A stretch of 61,511 nt of DNA, filler included, from Sluysia triapertura (lineage: Eukaryota): the NCBI GenBank assembly GCA_046118255.1. It is 4 parts of 4 records of this genome, joined end to end, with 100 filler letters (N's around TTAATTAATTAA, not from the genome) between each part and the next. Parts side by side here need not be neighbours in the genome. Positions count along the whole stretch, not along the records: positions 12,570 to 23,974 come from JBJNIA010185090.1; positions 24,075 to 44,384 come from JBJNIA010025507.1; 2 more parts are not named here. One strand, written 5' to 3'. Both the position numbers and the translations under genes were made by a program. Shown piece by piece: positions 13,719 to 26,899 of the stretch. How positions within the stretch are numbered: the first letter of the stretch is position 1; the number at the start of each line of letters is the position of its first letter. The notes under the pieces are model-generated. The model made no database searches, was not told where the DNA came from, and worked only from the letters and a program-made list of their open reading frames with translations.

Positions 13719-13739
13719 GATAATCTGATATTAAATTAA

Positions 13740-14190
13740 TCAATTATCTCCATATCTGTTTAAATTAATAATTATTAACTCATTTTTTAATTTCAGAAAT
13801 TCTTTTTGTAGAGAACAATGTCCGGTACTGCTGTATAAATAAAAATTTGTTAACAAAATGAACAATAATAATATTGCTATTAATAATGATGATAACCAAG
13901 CTCTTTTCTGAGTACAATATTTCTCTCTTTTGAATGGATAACAAACAGCTATCCATCGTTCTAATGTAAATGCAAATGTCAACATTAATGAAAAGTATTG
14001 AGAAAAAAATAAGTAAACATACATATATAATTGACATATTACTGGATAATATATTTGTCATAAGATCATTTAATGCTAATAAACTCATGTAACATGCTGA
14101 TGAATTATTTCGATTTACTTTTTTGACAAACCAAATACAAAATGACGTTGGATTACCGAAATATCTTATTGATTGGTGACACAATTAAAT
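13740..14190 (-). pseudogene. Class A (rhodopsin-type, peptide-receptor-like) GPCR fragment TM1-TM4, frameshifted
   Basis: GN (TM1) and SSACYMSLLALND (TM2 LAxxD) lie in one frame; AFTLERWIAVCYPF (TM3 E/DRY-like) and CTQKRAW (TM4 start) lie in another. No TM5-7. Confidence 0.8.
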
Positions 14191-14496
14191 TTGTATAATA
14201 AGAATAATATTGACAGTAGTAGGTGCTGCAGTGGTGTTCTGAACTAGATTAGAAGGATGGTGTGACATTCGCAGATATTCCACCATTTTGTTTATTATTT
14301 CAGGCAGTACTGCTTCCTGTGTTCTTTCTGTATTAAAAAATATTTTAATATTTGATTGACTATATTCAAATTGTCAACATAGATAATCTATCATCAACAT
14401 CTCGCATCATCATTCCTTGCTAAACTTAATTCCTCTTTGTCTTTATGATATATACCTTCTTCGATGTGGCGTAATTTCTTGGAAATGCGTGAGTAT

Positions 14497-14875
14497 TTAA
14501 AAACCAATACTATAATGACAACAAGAGCAACTGATAACGATAACACTAGATGACTTCACTGTCCATTTAGCATTTTTCAATAATACTTCTAAATAAGCAT
14601 TGCTACTGCGATTAAATGCTACCAATAACACAGCATTTGTTGAAACAGATTTATCTAAGAAACCAGTAGTAGTATTTGTTGTAATATATTCTACGTGTAA
14701 CTCCGATTTCAATCTCTCTAAATTCGTAACATTGAAATGGCTCCATATTTGTCGTCTGTCGAATTCACCTTTCCCTCTATGTAAGTCGAGATACTTAAAT
14801 GTATCATATTTGTTCTTGCTCTTTATAGTATATTGGTTCCATTGTTTACCCACACAATTGACATGCTTTGAATAA
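14497..14875 (-). pseudogene. Unidentified coding-like fragment(s) within the gene-fragment mosaic
   Basis: 118-codon open frame with coding-like composition on the same strand as the neighbouring fragments; no family recognised. Confidence 0.3.
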
Positions 14876-14899
14876 CAGATGAATTTTCATGCAAGAAAA

Positions 14900-15265
14900 C
14901 CGTCAAAAAAAATTCAATCGATATAGATCATAGTTGTCTATGATTTTCATGGCATTGTAGAAGTCTTTACGACACAGTTCGGCAAATGAATTTCCATTTT
15001 CAACGAAAAGAGAATAATTTTGATATTCTGATGATAATTTAAATAAAAGTCTGGAAATCACTTCGAAATAGAGACTTCGAAATCACTTTAAAAATATCCA
15101 ATTGAAGCATAACTTCATAGCGAACATTTACAGAAGATAATTCATCTTGACAGAAATCACCATAACCAGAAGTAAATATACAATCATAAAAAGGTTTATG
15201 TAGTTTATAAGTTTCATGACAAATTCCAGAACCATAAATTGACTTTTTAGTATACGATTCAATTG
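14900..15265 (-). pseudogene. Degenerate EGF-like plus SEA-like extracellular protein fragment
   Basis: Minus frame reads GSGICHETYKLHKPFYDCIFTSGYGDFCQDELSSVNVRYEVMLQL (EGF-type G.C...YDC..GY.G.FCQ). A second frame gives KLSSEYQNYSLFVEN, reminiscent of a SEA-domain start. Frameshifted. Confidence 0.4.
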
Positions 15266-16553
15266 ATTATGATGTTCATCATGATAAAAAAAATGGGGGA
15301 AAAACAAAAAGATAAAAAGAAATAAGGATAAAAGAAATAATAATAATGATAACAATAACATGGTTATTATATTTATTATGAAAATTATTATAAAAGTTAT
15401 AAAAATTATTATTTGATATTTATATTATATAACAATAATGACTATAATTATTATATGTATATTGTTTAATACGATTTGAATTGTAATAATAATAGCTATA
15501 GTTCAAGATAATTAGGTACGATGATCATGTTTGCTTTTGAATGAGTTTAGTAGTTTGTTTAGTAGTGATGAAATGTGATGAATTTTCTGTGGAGAATTCC
15601 CTACAATAAGACAAAAGAATTCAAAATCAATCTAAGATTTTTTATTATACAAAATAGGACAAAAATGATGATAATTTAACAAAATAAATACTGATAATTA
15701 TTAATAACACCAAAAAACAATAAAATTGTAATACAGATAATATTTCAATTGTAATAAGGACCTAGCCAAAAGACTCTGCCCTGTGATTTTGTAATTGACC
15801 TTAAGGGCCAACTAAAGATTCGAGATTTTAGATTTGAGTTTGATTTTGTGATTGGCCTTAATGACCAACCGCGAAAAATAGTAATTTAAGTATATTTTAT
15901 CTCTATATGAGTTTAACAACTTATTTAAACAAAACTTACGAATTTTAATCAATTATTCAAAATTTTCGAAGATATTGTTCAAAATTGATCTACCAAATGT
16001 AATTATTGATGCTGTAGATGTGCTACCCCTCTAATCGACTACTCGGGGATCACACAATAATTGTAGAAATAAATTAAGAATGAGGTTGTTGATGAAGAAA
16101 CTGGATGATGCCACGTATTCACTTGTCGATAAAGTGGAGTACTACTTGTCTTTTTCTTTATTTGGTAATAATGGCGTCTAATTTTAATGATGGCATCCTT
16201 TTCTTTGTGACTGTCTTTATATAATAATAAAGACATTTGAAATTTGATGCGTTTAAATAAAATTGTTTCTAGATTTTTCTTTTGTAATTTTTTTTAATTT
16301 ATAATAATAAAAATTTTAATTTTAATATAATTAAACTAATTATTTTTTAAATAATATAAATTTTAAAAATTTTTATCATTTCATTTTTCATACAAAATCG
16401 TAAAAATAAAAAATATAAAAATAAATTTTTTCACACATTTACAGCTATATGGAACTTATAATTTCTGCGAATCTCCACTTTAAATGACAACGGTTATCTG
16501 TTCACAATGTCAATAGCATTAATCAAATCAATTTTAATATAAAATTTTATTAA

Positions 16554-16734
16554 CCCTTTGGGGTCCTATTTTATTTCCATTGAATCCTCTACAAGTCCTA
16601 TTTAAATATTCACAATTAAAAGTCTGACTCAAAAAAACATACTCAAATCGAATTTAAATTATTTATTTTTAATTTAATTACGTTTATGTTACATTTATGT
16701 ATTTATGTTAAATTAATTTATGGACCGCAAATGG
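16554..16734. mobile_element. piggyBac-type MITE
   Basis: TTAA|CCCTTTGGGGTCC...GGACCGCAAATGG|TTAA (11/13). Confidence 0.7.
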
Positions 16735-18539
16735 TTAACATAAATTAAATCTTATACTTTAATCTTATTATATTATTGAATGCTTAATTTGTAGTCGATC
16801 TACACGTCAATGTTACAAGACTTTTGTATGATGTAACATTGCATAGTTAAAATATGATACATACATCATTACATTACTCATAATTTCTGATTCATTTCTA
16901 GTACAATGATAAGTCTTATGTTTATGTTTACATAATATTTTCTTATTTTAAATATAGCTAATATGTTATAATGTCATCGGTTTTGAATTTCATATTATAG
17001 TTTGAAAAATAAATTAAAAGTAATATTATGTGTCTGAGTATATTAAAATTTAGAATTCAAGAAAATCTAATTGTAATAACTTGTAATTAAACGTTTTTAT
17101 AAAAATCAAAAACAAATGTAAAAACATTCATTGGTCAAGATGAATAATTGATAAAATAAATTCAGTCACTTTAAACATTTATTAATAAAAATTTCTTGTT
17201 GCCTCAAATATTAAATCAAATATGTGCAAACTAGGGGGCGAGATCCCGGATGGGGGCGCTAAAAATTTTAAAATTCTTAGATTTTTCAAACAAAGTTTTG
17301 TTTTTTACTAATTCAAGTAATTCCAGCATCTAATTCCATAGTTTATGTTCATGATGTAGGACAATCATAAGAATAAAATTTCAAACTCATAAAGCAATTA
17401 TACATATGCAGTAGAGATGCTATGATCTTTGGTATTCTGCTATTTTTTAGCTGTTAATTAAAAGTAACGTTAACAAACTGCTATCACAATCGAGAAATAA
17501 CAGCGACGTGTTGAAAAAATATTAATATTTCAAAGTGAGATATTAACAGACATAATATTGCATTTTTGATATAAAGAATTAAAATTTAATTTTGTTAAAG
17601 AATTAGAACTGTTGTTTTCGTAATATTTAATTTGTTTATATTTATAAGAAACAGAAAAATACATTGTTAATAAAACGGTGTTTATTTTATCTAAGAAGTT
17701 TTTTATAGTGGCCTTATGATTTTTTATTAAGTTGGGGCAAAACTTAAAAAGTTTGTGCACGCACGTATGAAATCATCATTTAAATCATAAACATTTTTAA
17801 ATATTCAAAATAATTATGATATTTATTGTTTTTTCCGATGTATAATAAAGTATTATGAATGACTAAGTAACTATAATAATACAGAATATATTATTGAATT
17901 AAATTTAGAAAGATGAGAGTTTCTTGTGATGTTACATTATACCAAGAAATTCAAACAAGACACACTTAACACTAATAAATTCGGAATAAATAAAAGAATT
18001 AATGAAACAATATAGAATATTCAATGAAATTGCAGTTAATAACATAAATAAATAGTGCTTATACATACAGAGTTGAATTACTTTGAAAATATAGTTAAGT
18101 TTATTTTATTTTTAAAATGTAGAAGTATTCTTGAAAAGTTCTAATATGTCATTCTTGTTTGATTGTTCTGTAAATATAAAAGCTAGAATTATATTTCATA
18201 AAAATGATAAATAAAGATTATAAAGTACAATTTCATTTACATTTATGACGATTTTTAATTCTTCTATATTTATACAGTAGTGTAAAAGAATGCAGTGTTC
18301 ATGTTTAAACATATATTTAATGATATAAAGATGCCTTTAAGTTCGTTAATGCATGGAATTCATGTAAAATACTAATACTTTAAAAAAGACAAATATAAAA
18401 AAGGCAATTGTCCCTAATAAATCTATTAAATAATTTATTGTTTTCGAGTTTAAAATATAAGCTTGCTCATTTAATTCAATATTTTTATACAATTGTATGC
18501 AATATTTTATACAATCTTTACGTGCTACATTTATAATCA

Positions 18540-19290
18540 TTTCGACTTTTACTAAGTGTCACAGGAAGCAGAATATCCAACTTTGAGAAATACTTATTTA
18601 AAACATTACGAGGAAAACCAAATATTTCCATCTATGTCGGTAAAACTAGAACCTAGTACTATTAAATTTGATTAAAACATTTAAAAATTATAAATCCTCT
18701 CAGAAATTTATGGCTACTCAATATATTAAATATAATTTTGTCATTGTAAAAAATTGTTAAATTTGTGTTTAACTCATGGAATGAAAATATTAAACTATAA
18801 AAATTCTACAGGGCTAAACCCTTATATTAAGTTAAATATTAATAAAGGAGTAGATAATAAAAAGTGCTTTTATAATAAAAATGGCGATTCTAAAATATTT
18901 AAACATATTAGTTAATTTAATAATTTAATTGAGCAAAAGTTAATATTTTATATAATAAAATATATCAAGATAAATCTAAGTTCATTGGTTTCAGTACTTT
19001 AAAATAATCTAAATAATTTATTTACGAATTGGTTTATAATTGTTTAGATAATGTAATTGAGCAAATGAATGTAAGCGACAATTTGATTCTATATTAAGAA
19101 AATTCTTAAATTAATTAGAATATAATCACCCAATATATTTATGTAAATTTAAAAGTGAATGAGAATGCAAGTAATTCATTAACGGAACAATAATTTTGAA
19201 AAGTAAGACCTACTCATACAAAACTACTAAAAGGATTAACAAAAGGATTAACAGCTGAATTTAATCAATTATAAAAGCACTATTTTTAAT
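18540..19290 (+). mobile_element. Third, more decayed PolB remnant
   Basis: Fragments read KLLNLCLTHGMKI, LNPYIKLNINK, FKSE-ECK and LKSKTYSY, in the order of Polinton-type PolB motifs (..LxLGxK..KPYIxxN..xKxE...LRSKxY). Many stops and frameshifts. Confidence 0.5.
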
Positions 19291-19296
19291 AATGAA

Positions 19297-19790
19297 ATGT
19301 GGTTGCCAACTCAATAATTAGAAGTTTTATCTCAATAATTTATAACAATTCATAACCCATGACAACCATAAACTTTTTAGACATAAATTTCATAACATTA
19401 AATTTTCATCTAATACCAAAACTCATCAAGGATCTACAAAAATTAATTTAAAAACAGTTTATTCATAACTCCATAACATACCACAACTACTTTCAGAATG
19501 TATCCATACCCTTGCTATAATTTATCTCTTTCAGATTCACAAGAATCACTTTTCATATCGCAAACATTTTAATTCATAATTTTTAACATACAAACTTTAC
19601 CTTATGCAAAATCACCAAATATACATTTAGAACTTATCAAAAGAAATTCAAGACCATAAATTCTTAACACTCAATCTTGTAGATCATCGAAAAAATAATA
19701 AGATCACATTATAGAACCAATTTAAAATATAGAAATTAAAAAGAGCATCAATTACATTAAGAACTTTAAAGAACAGTATTGTTATTATTC
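19297..19790 (+). mobile_element. Probable decayed Penelope-like fragment
   Basis: G-poor strand; HQGSTKINLKT resembles GIY-YIG YIGSTxRxLKxR. Confidence 0.3.
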
Positions 19791-20133
19791 TAATTATCAC
19801 TATTTTTATTTTTCATTAATCTTGTACTCTAGTAATTATTTTAACTAGTAATTATCAGTGGTGACACTATTGGTTTCTATGTATAAATTCTTGTCATCAT
19901 TGATAGTGGCTCACTCATTTTAATTTTACTTATTTCTTAATTTTACTTATTTTAATTTTACTTATTACTGTTTATTCTACTGTGTTTGTATGACTGCCCA
20001 ATTAACACTATTTACAACATTAACTATAAGCGTTTTGATTGGGCAACCACTCAGATACAGAACAAAAATAGGCAGTAATTAGTAAAAATAATAAATTTTA
20101 GTATATAGTACACTAATTGTTAACTACAATATA

Positions 20134-20938
20134 GTGATTATGAAATTTTTGCTGGATGAGTCAAAGCAAATAAAAAAGCAATTATTACAGTCTAACAAAA
20201 ATATGAACATTTTTGACAATTTAATTAAGTCTATTTTTGAACGAATACAATGCAGACACTCGATGTTGAATTATGATCAAAGATATCAATTGCATGACTT
20301 ATTACAAGTAATTCTTATGATATGCGGTGATTGCGGTCAACGAACGCTAAAATAAATGATTTTCTGATAATTATGTATCAAAAATTAAAGAATTTAGATT
20401 TTTCTTATTTAGATATTAGATTAAATCGAGAGGCTACAACTTATAATTCACATTTAACTTACGTCAATAATCATCTAAATGATAAAGAATTAATGTTTGC
20501 GTTTGCCAAACAAGGGATAGGTACGTGCAAGAAAAAACGAGAGGTTCATCCTATCTGTGAAACTGTTAAAGAAAAAAGAATAACAACATATTTTACCTAA
20601 AGAAATGCTGATTCGCCTGATAGTTTGCTCCTGAACAAATGTATTTGTACCAAATGTTGTTAATCAAAAATTTTGATTATTTATCATCAGTAACTGACAA
20701 CAATCTGGATATTTATGTCTACATCATAAAGACATTACAAAGATATATGAAATTTATAGTACACATCGATACTGTTAGAATGAACTTTATAGCCAAGTTG
20801 TCAACTCCATCCGCCAGAATAATGAAATTTCAAATATATAAAGTTATTCGAGCAAATAACGAACATTTTTGTTTTTTTTTAAACCGGTATTTGCCCTTAT
20901 ATCACAATACTGAATGCGAAATGTTCCAGATATGGTAA
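20134..20938 (+). pseudogene. Frameshifted unknown coding region
   Basis: Three consecutive same-strand ORFs (73, 89 and 99 aa) that abut or overlap; contains CGDC; no family recognised. Confidence 0.35.
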
Positions 20939-22977
20939 GCAATGTATGTACGCACATAATGTTGCCGAATTAAAAACAATTTTGGTTTGGGCTCAAATTC
21001 ATTCGGTGATCTTAGTAGAATTGACTGCAAATCCAATTCATCACAAGAACAATCATAATATTAAAGTAATTAACGTTTACTTATTTTATAAGAGTATGTT
21101 TTTTTAATTTTGTTATTTATCTTATTTTAAATCATTTAGGAGACAAGTAAAACAGATGGCAAGGTACAATCAGAAATCAATAAACTTTGGTAAAAATTTA
21201 AATTCATACATAAATGTTATAAGCATTAGAGAAATAAAGATTTTTGTGTTGATTTTTATGTCTTTCAATATAATATAAAATTAAGTTTATCTAAAGATTA
21301 ATTACGAAATATTAATAATTTGTAAGTTTACTACCAAATCAAAAGTAAATAATTTTCTTAACGAAATCAATAGATATTATTTAAATTTAAGTTTAAAACT
21401 TATAAATACGAATAATCATATAACATCACAATTAAATGAAATTCCAGAAAAACTGAATTAACGGGGTTAAAACTAGAAAACACATTTTATGTTTAACGAA
21501 AAAATTTAAATAATAGAATAACAATTTTACCTTTCGTTATAATGTTTAATTCATTTCTAGTTTCATCATTTATTCATTTTTTAATGTCTTATTTTATGAT
21601 AATATTTACTTTAGTTTACGATGATATTTTTACTTAGTTTATATATGATTAATTTGTTTGGGTTTCTAATTTCTATACTTTTCTTTTTCTTAAATTAAAA
21701 TTCTGCAAACGATTTGTTAAATAAACTAAAACTGAAATTAATATAACTATTAGTGGTAGCATCCCCCTAGTTCCTATAGAAACACATATTAAAATATGTT
21801 CACAATATATGTTTTAAGAATCTTGTTTTAATTTATTACAAATTTTTTGATTTGACCTCTAGGTGGAGAAAAATAAAAACTTTATCTTTTTTTGGTTCTC
21901 TAATTCAAAATCATGTATTTTTGAGCTTCCTTTTTAATCTCTTATCGCCTTGCTCTTTTATGACATATTTGATATCTTTGGCTTTTGATTTATTAGATTC
22001 TGTCTTTTAATTCAGTTTCGATTTTGAACCATTGTATTTTTAAATAAAAATTCTGACAATTTTATCACTTATTAAGCGAATAATGTTTTACGAATTTGGA
22101 ATAAAAATAACTTAGTTCTCTACAAACACTGTAGAATTTTTCTAATTCGAAACTTTTCTTCTTAGGATTTTCATTTTACTATTATATAAATTTCGTATTA
22201 ATTTGAATTCACTTGTTTGTTCATTAAATTACTAATATAATTACATAGACTTTTTAAATGAAATTGATTTTTAATATTTATTCATTTAATCTTTACCCTG
22301 TATTTCCTAATTATATTTTTTGGGATTTTTATATTCTCGATAATTCCTGTCAAATTTTCTTTTATTTATTTTAGCTTTAACCAATTCACATTGAATTTTT
22401 CTTCTTCTATAAGATTTTATATTCTACTGAGATCAAGAAGTTTCTAAAACCCAAATAATGAGTTTTAGATTTACATATTAAAACGTATTCAGTTCAAACA
22501 TTATAAAGCTCTTATAAATCTAATAAAAGTATCAATATCAAAAATACTATAAAAGATTACTTATTGAAGAATTTAATATAAAATTCTTATTAATTTTATC
22601 AAAAGAGAAGTTATACGATAGATTTAGGCAAACTACGTGACCTTATTTGTTATTTATGCTGCCTTGTCAACAGGAATTTTCCTTCAATCAATAAGTAACA
22701 GCTTCATGTTTATCAACTTAAAATATAATATTATATTATATGGGAATCTAAATAGTGCAAACCATCAAAATATTTAACAATGATCAAAATAAACAATATA
22801 AATAAGTTAATTAATTCTCTCAAATCCCTTACTGAGATGTTTTAGACGAACGAAGTTTGCAAAATACTTCTTTTGAATAAACATGAGATATTTTTGTGAA
22901 AAATTTAGATAAAATATTTTAACTATTTAAAAAAATAAAAATAACCATAATGAAGATAACGGTGCTGTGTTTTTTCA

Positions 22978-23028
<51 letters not shown>

Positions 23029-23051
23029 GTTGTTGTTGTTGTTGTTGTTGT
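22978..23051. repeat. Compound (ATT)n(GTT)n microsatellite
   Basis: Read directly. Similar tracts at 4713-4760, 5414-5463, 11335-11426 ((CAT)n(TAT)n), 25797-25846 and 57449-57483 ((TA)n). Confidence 0.95.
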
Positions 23052-23974
23052 TTCGTCTTTATTCGACGATAACTCAACAAAAATGAATTCGTAATCACGA
23101 AACATTTTAAATATCGCAAAGATAAATAATCAATTATTCTTTAATAACAATAAATAAATTCAAAGTTATAAATCATTGTCTGCATATAATTATTCAATTA
23201 TTCAACATTTAATACTACAAATGTTGATGTCCCTTTAAACAATAATAAAATAAAAAACCTGAATTACTAACCTCAACAATCGTAATATCGCTTATAAGAC
23301 TGTGACGATTGCTGAAGATAAATCCTCAAGCACAGTGTTTACCACAAATGTGTCGACACAGCTCTCTTAATGAAGCTTGATATTTTTTATTTTTTCTCAT
23401 AACTTATCCAGATATTTTTCTAATTTTACTACAAAAATGCGATCGCTTATGCAGTAATTAGGTAATTACTTAGGAGATTAAAAAATGAAAAATAAAATAA
23501 TAACCTCATATAATTATTAATTCCTTTAGTCGTTCATCAATTTTAATAATTAAATTTCAATAGTAATTTCGCTTGGTTTCTAAATTTATTCTTTCCTGCA
23601 ATTACTCAAAGACAGTAGGAAGTGTGACGAACATAGTTGTTCGTATCATCAAAACCTTAACCATATGTTGTAAGAAGACTTCGGTATTTGTTATAAAACA
23701 ATTTTGGCTGATTGGTCACGAGTTGAATGCATTTCAAATTCTTTGCATTATGATACTTGACAACTCCAAGGATCAAACTGGTTCAACCACCTAGCAGTTA
23801 AAATACATGCTGGTCATTTTAGTTTTTGGGTAATTGTATCGTTAGGATATTTGTATTTAACCTTTGTCAGTCAACCTGGGGGGATAATTTTACCCCCCCC
23901 CCCATGGGAAGAAAAATGTGAATAACTTTAAAACTTTATCACTGACATAAAAACCTTTTTATCACTTTATAAGC

Positions 23975-24074
23975 NNNNNNNNNNNNNNNNNNNNNNNNNN
24001 NNNNNNNNNNNNNNNNNNTTAATTAATTAANNNNNNNNNNNNNNNNNNNNNNNNNNNNNNNNNNNNNNNNNNNN
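23975..24074. other. Assembly join N44-TTAATTAATTAA-N44
   Basis: Same 100-nt construct as 12470-12569. Confidence 0.95.
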
Positions 24075-24441
24075 CTTATCTTAAGGAATTACATTGGTTG
24101 CCAATAAAAGCAAGAATAGAATTCAAAATCATGACAATAATTTACAAATGCAGTTATATCACGGAAGTTCTGAATATCTTTTAGAAATAATAAAAGATTG
24201 GAAAGCATGATGAAACATAATAACCATGGTTGAGACATAATAACAATATATAGAATCCACAGTGATAATAAAAGAGCTAGGTGATGGGTTGTTATGTTTC
24301 AAAAATATACAACCAGTACTACCAGAGAATGTCAAATTACTGGAAGATTACGAAATATTTAAGAAAAAGGCAATATTATAGTGAATGATTTACTTTGTAG
24401 TAGATATGAGCGCAATATAAATTAATATTATTATTATTATT
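24075..24441 (+). mobile_element. L2/CR1-type LINE 3' end with (ATT)n tail
   Basis: YLKELHWLPIKARIEFKIMTIIYKC..SEYL..LPENVK..FKKKA (LHWLP motif); ends gcgcaatataaattaatattattattatt. Confidence 0.85.
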
Positions 24442-25795
24442 AACTATAATTCAATAACTCAGTGCGACAAATAAATAAATTATAAATTACTAAAATATAA
24501 TACTTAAACTCAGGAGTAGTACAACATATATCAAAATGACAATAAAATAACAAACACAATAAAGAAAGAGAATGTAAAAATTCACTCAGTGTTTGAATTT
24601 CAGTCTTATGCAACAAAATAAGAAAATCAAAATTTAATGTAACAATATAAGAATGCTTATACTTACAAAATATATCTATCAATATAAATTGAGTATAAAT
24701 TTGATCATATATAAAACGTATTTCCAATAACATCTTTGGCTACAATAATATGTATAAAATAAATTTGACGTATTTTCGCAGAAAATTGATTTTATCAAAA
24801 AAGAAAATTAATTATTTTACACTACCTATGTCGATGTTCATAACACTGATATATTTCATTATTTATGCTACTCCCTCAAAGACTCGTATCACACATACAA
24901 AACTATTGAGTTAAAATGATTTTTAAATTGTTAAGTTGTCATCACAACCCTCTAAATTCAATTGAAATTGTTATTTTCCAAAAAATAAACACATTTTCTA
25001 AAAAGAAAACTGATTTATAAAAATAGAAAAAGAAATTCCTAGAATTCCATTGGCTCATTTATATAGAGCTGAAACTGAATCAAAAGAGGCAAATGTTATC
25101 AAACCATAATTTTTTAAGTTAAAATTTTAATTGGTAACAGCATCTATTTGGAACAACATCGTTCACCTTTTGGCAGCTTTCAATCGAAATTTGTCCTCGT
25201 TATGCATTTTCAGTCAGTGAAATTCGTAAGTTATTCTTATTTAAGGTGGTATTAACTTTTGAAATCCACGATTTACTGAGGAATAAAATCATTTCCAATA
25301 TGGATTATTGTTAACGGGCTTTGATTTTAAATTTGATTATTTATTTATCTAACTGAAATTCAATGATGATTGACAAAATGTGCCACTTAAACTTTGAATC
25401 TTCTGAACTGTCAAAAGAAAAATACTAACAACACAAACAATTAACTGTAGATTTATCACTAGTTGGCCCGCTATAAATGTTTGGAAGTTTTTTTAACACA
25501 TTAACCATAAGAGACCACGAGTTCCAAATAAGAATATATTCGAACGGAGTTTGTAGTATTACTCTGACATTCACGAAAATAGATGTGTTATTGCTACAAT
25601 TATTCATATTACATTGTTTGTCACGTGAAGAAGTAGGAATAGATAAACCCTCGAAATATAATGAAAATTAAAATACTAAGATTAAAATTAAATTATATTA
25701 CAATGTCATATTCTGAGTAGTAGGAAGGGTTAATTAAGTTATAAACATGAAATTTTCTATACATTATCTCGTAGGTAGAAGTTTATGTTTGGTGC

Positions 25796-25846
<51 letters not shown>

Positions 25847-26899
25847 GAAATATAAAATTAAAAATAGTTTGTGTTATATTTATAACACTTAAAAACTTAA
25901 GTTATGTGAAAATTGTATTTATTTTATTTTAAATTACAAATCAAATTCTAATTTTACCAAATATGTATATATAAATAAATTACATAACAAAATCAAATAT
26001 TTAATGTTAGTTATTTTTAAAAATAAAATCAAATAATAAAAATTTTATTTTACCTTTCAAATTGTTTATCGCTATCAACTAAATCATAATTTATAAATAG
26101 AATATTTGAATTATGATTGAAAATTTAATATAAATTTGAATTTTAATTTCAAATATTTCTAGTTTAAAAGGATTTATAAAGTTCATTCAACATTATTTAC
26201 ACCATACTATTTGAATAATGCCTTTGGGAACATTGAAAGTAACTGAACGTGAAACTTTAAATAAAAGCGTAAGTATTTTATTATTTGTTGAATAATTGTT
26301 AAACTACCTTTTTATCAACGACATTTAAATGATCATTTATTTTATATATTTCAGTAATCGTTTTGTATTTTATCAAATTTTTAAAAACTATTTTAAATCA
26401 ATACGAAGTTGAATTATTATTAATATTATAATTTATCAATTGATTATCTAAATTTAACTAAATTAGTCGGAATATACTTTGATATTTCATTGTATAAATT
26501 TGGGACAATCGAAAGTTCATAATTTAAACCTTAAAACACATTTTTTTCAAGGACAAATAGAATTCACTTAATGTGTAAAGTGAATTAACATTAAACGAAC
26601 GTATCAAATTAAATATATGGATTATTCGGAAAGAAAAATATAACACGACAATAATAAGATGTGTGATAAGTTATGAGAAATGTCAAGATATTGGAAGATT
26701 ATGAAGTATACAGAAAGAAGACAATGTTATTTGCATTTAGGAAATACAATGAATGATTTGTTCTATATATTTAATACTATGATTAATAGACTTGTCTTCA
26801 TGTTCTTAATTACATTTCATTCAATTATCTCATTAAACCAATCTCGCCTACTCTGGAATTTGAATTTGGAGGTAATTAATTGGAAAGGATGTTTTTAGT

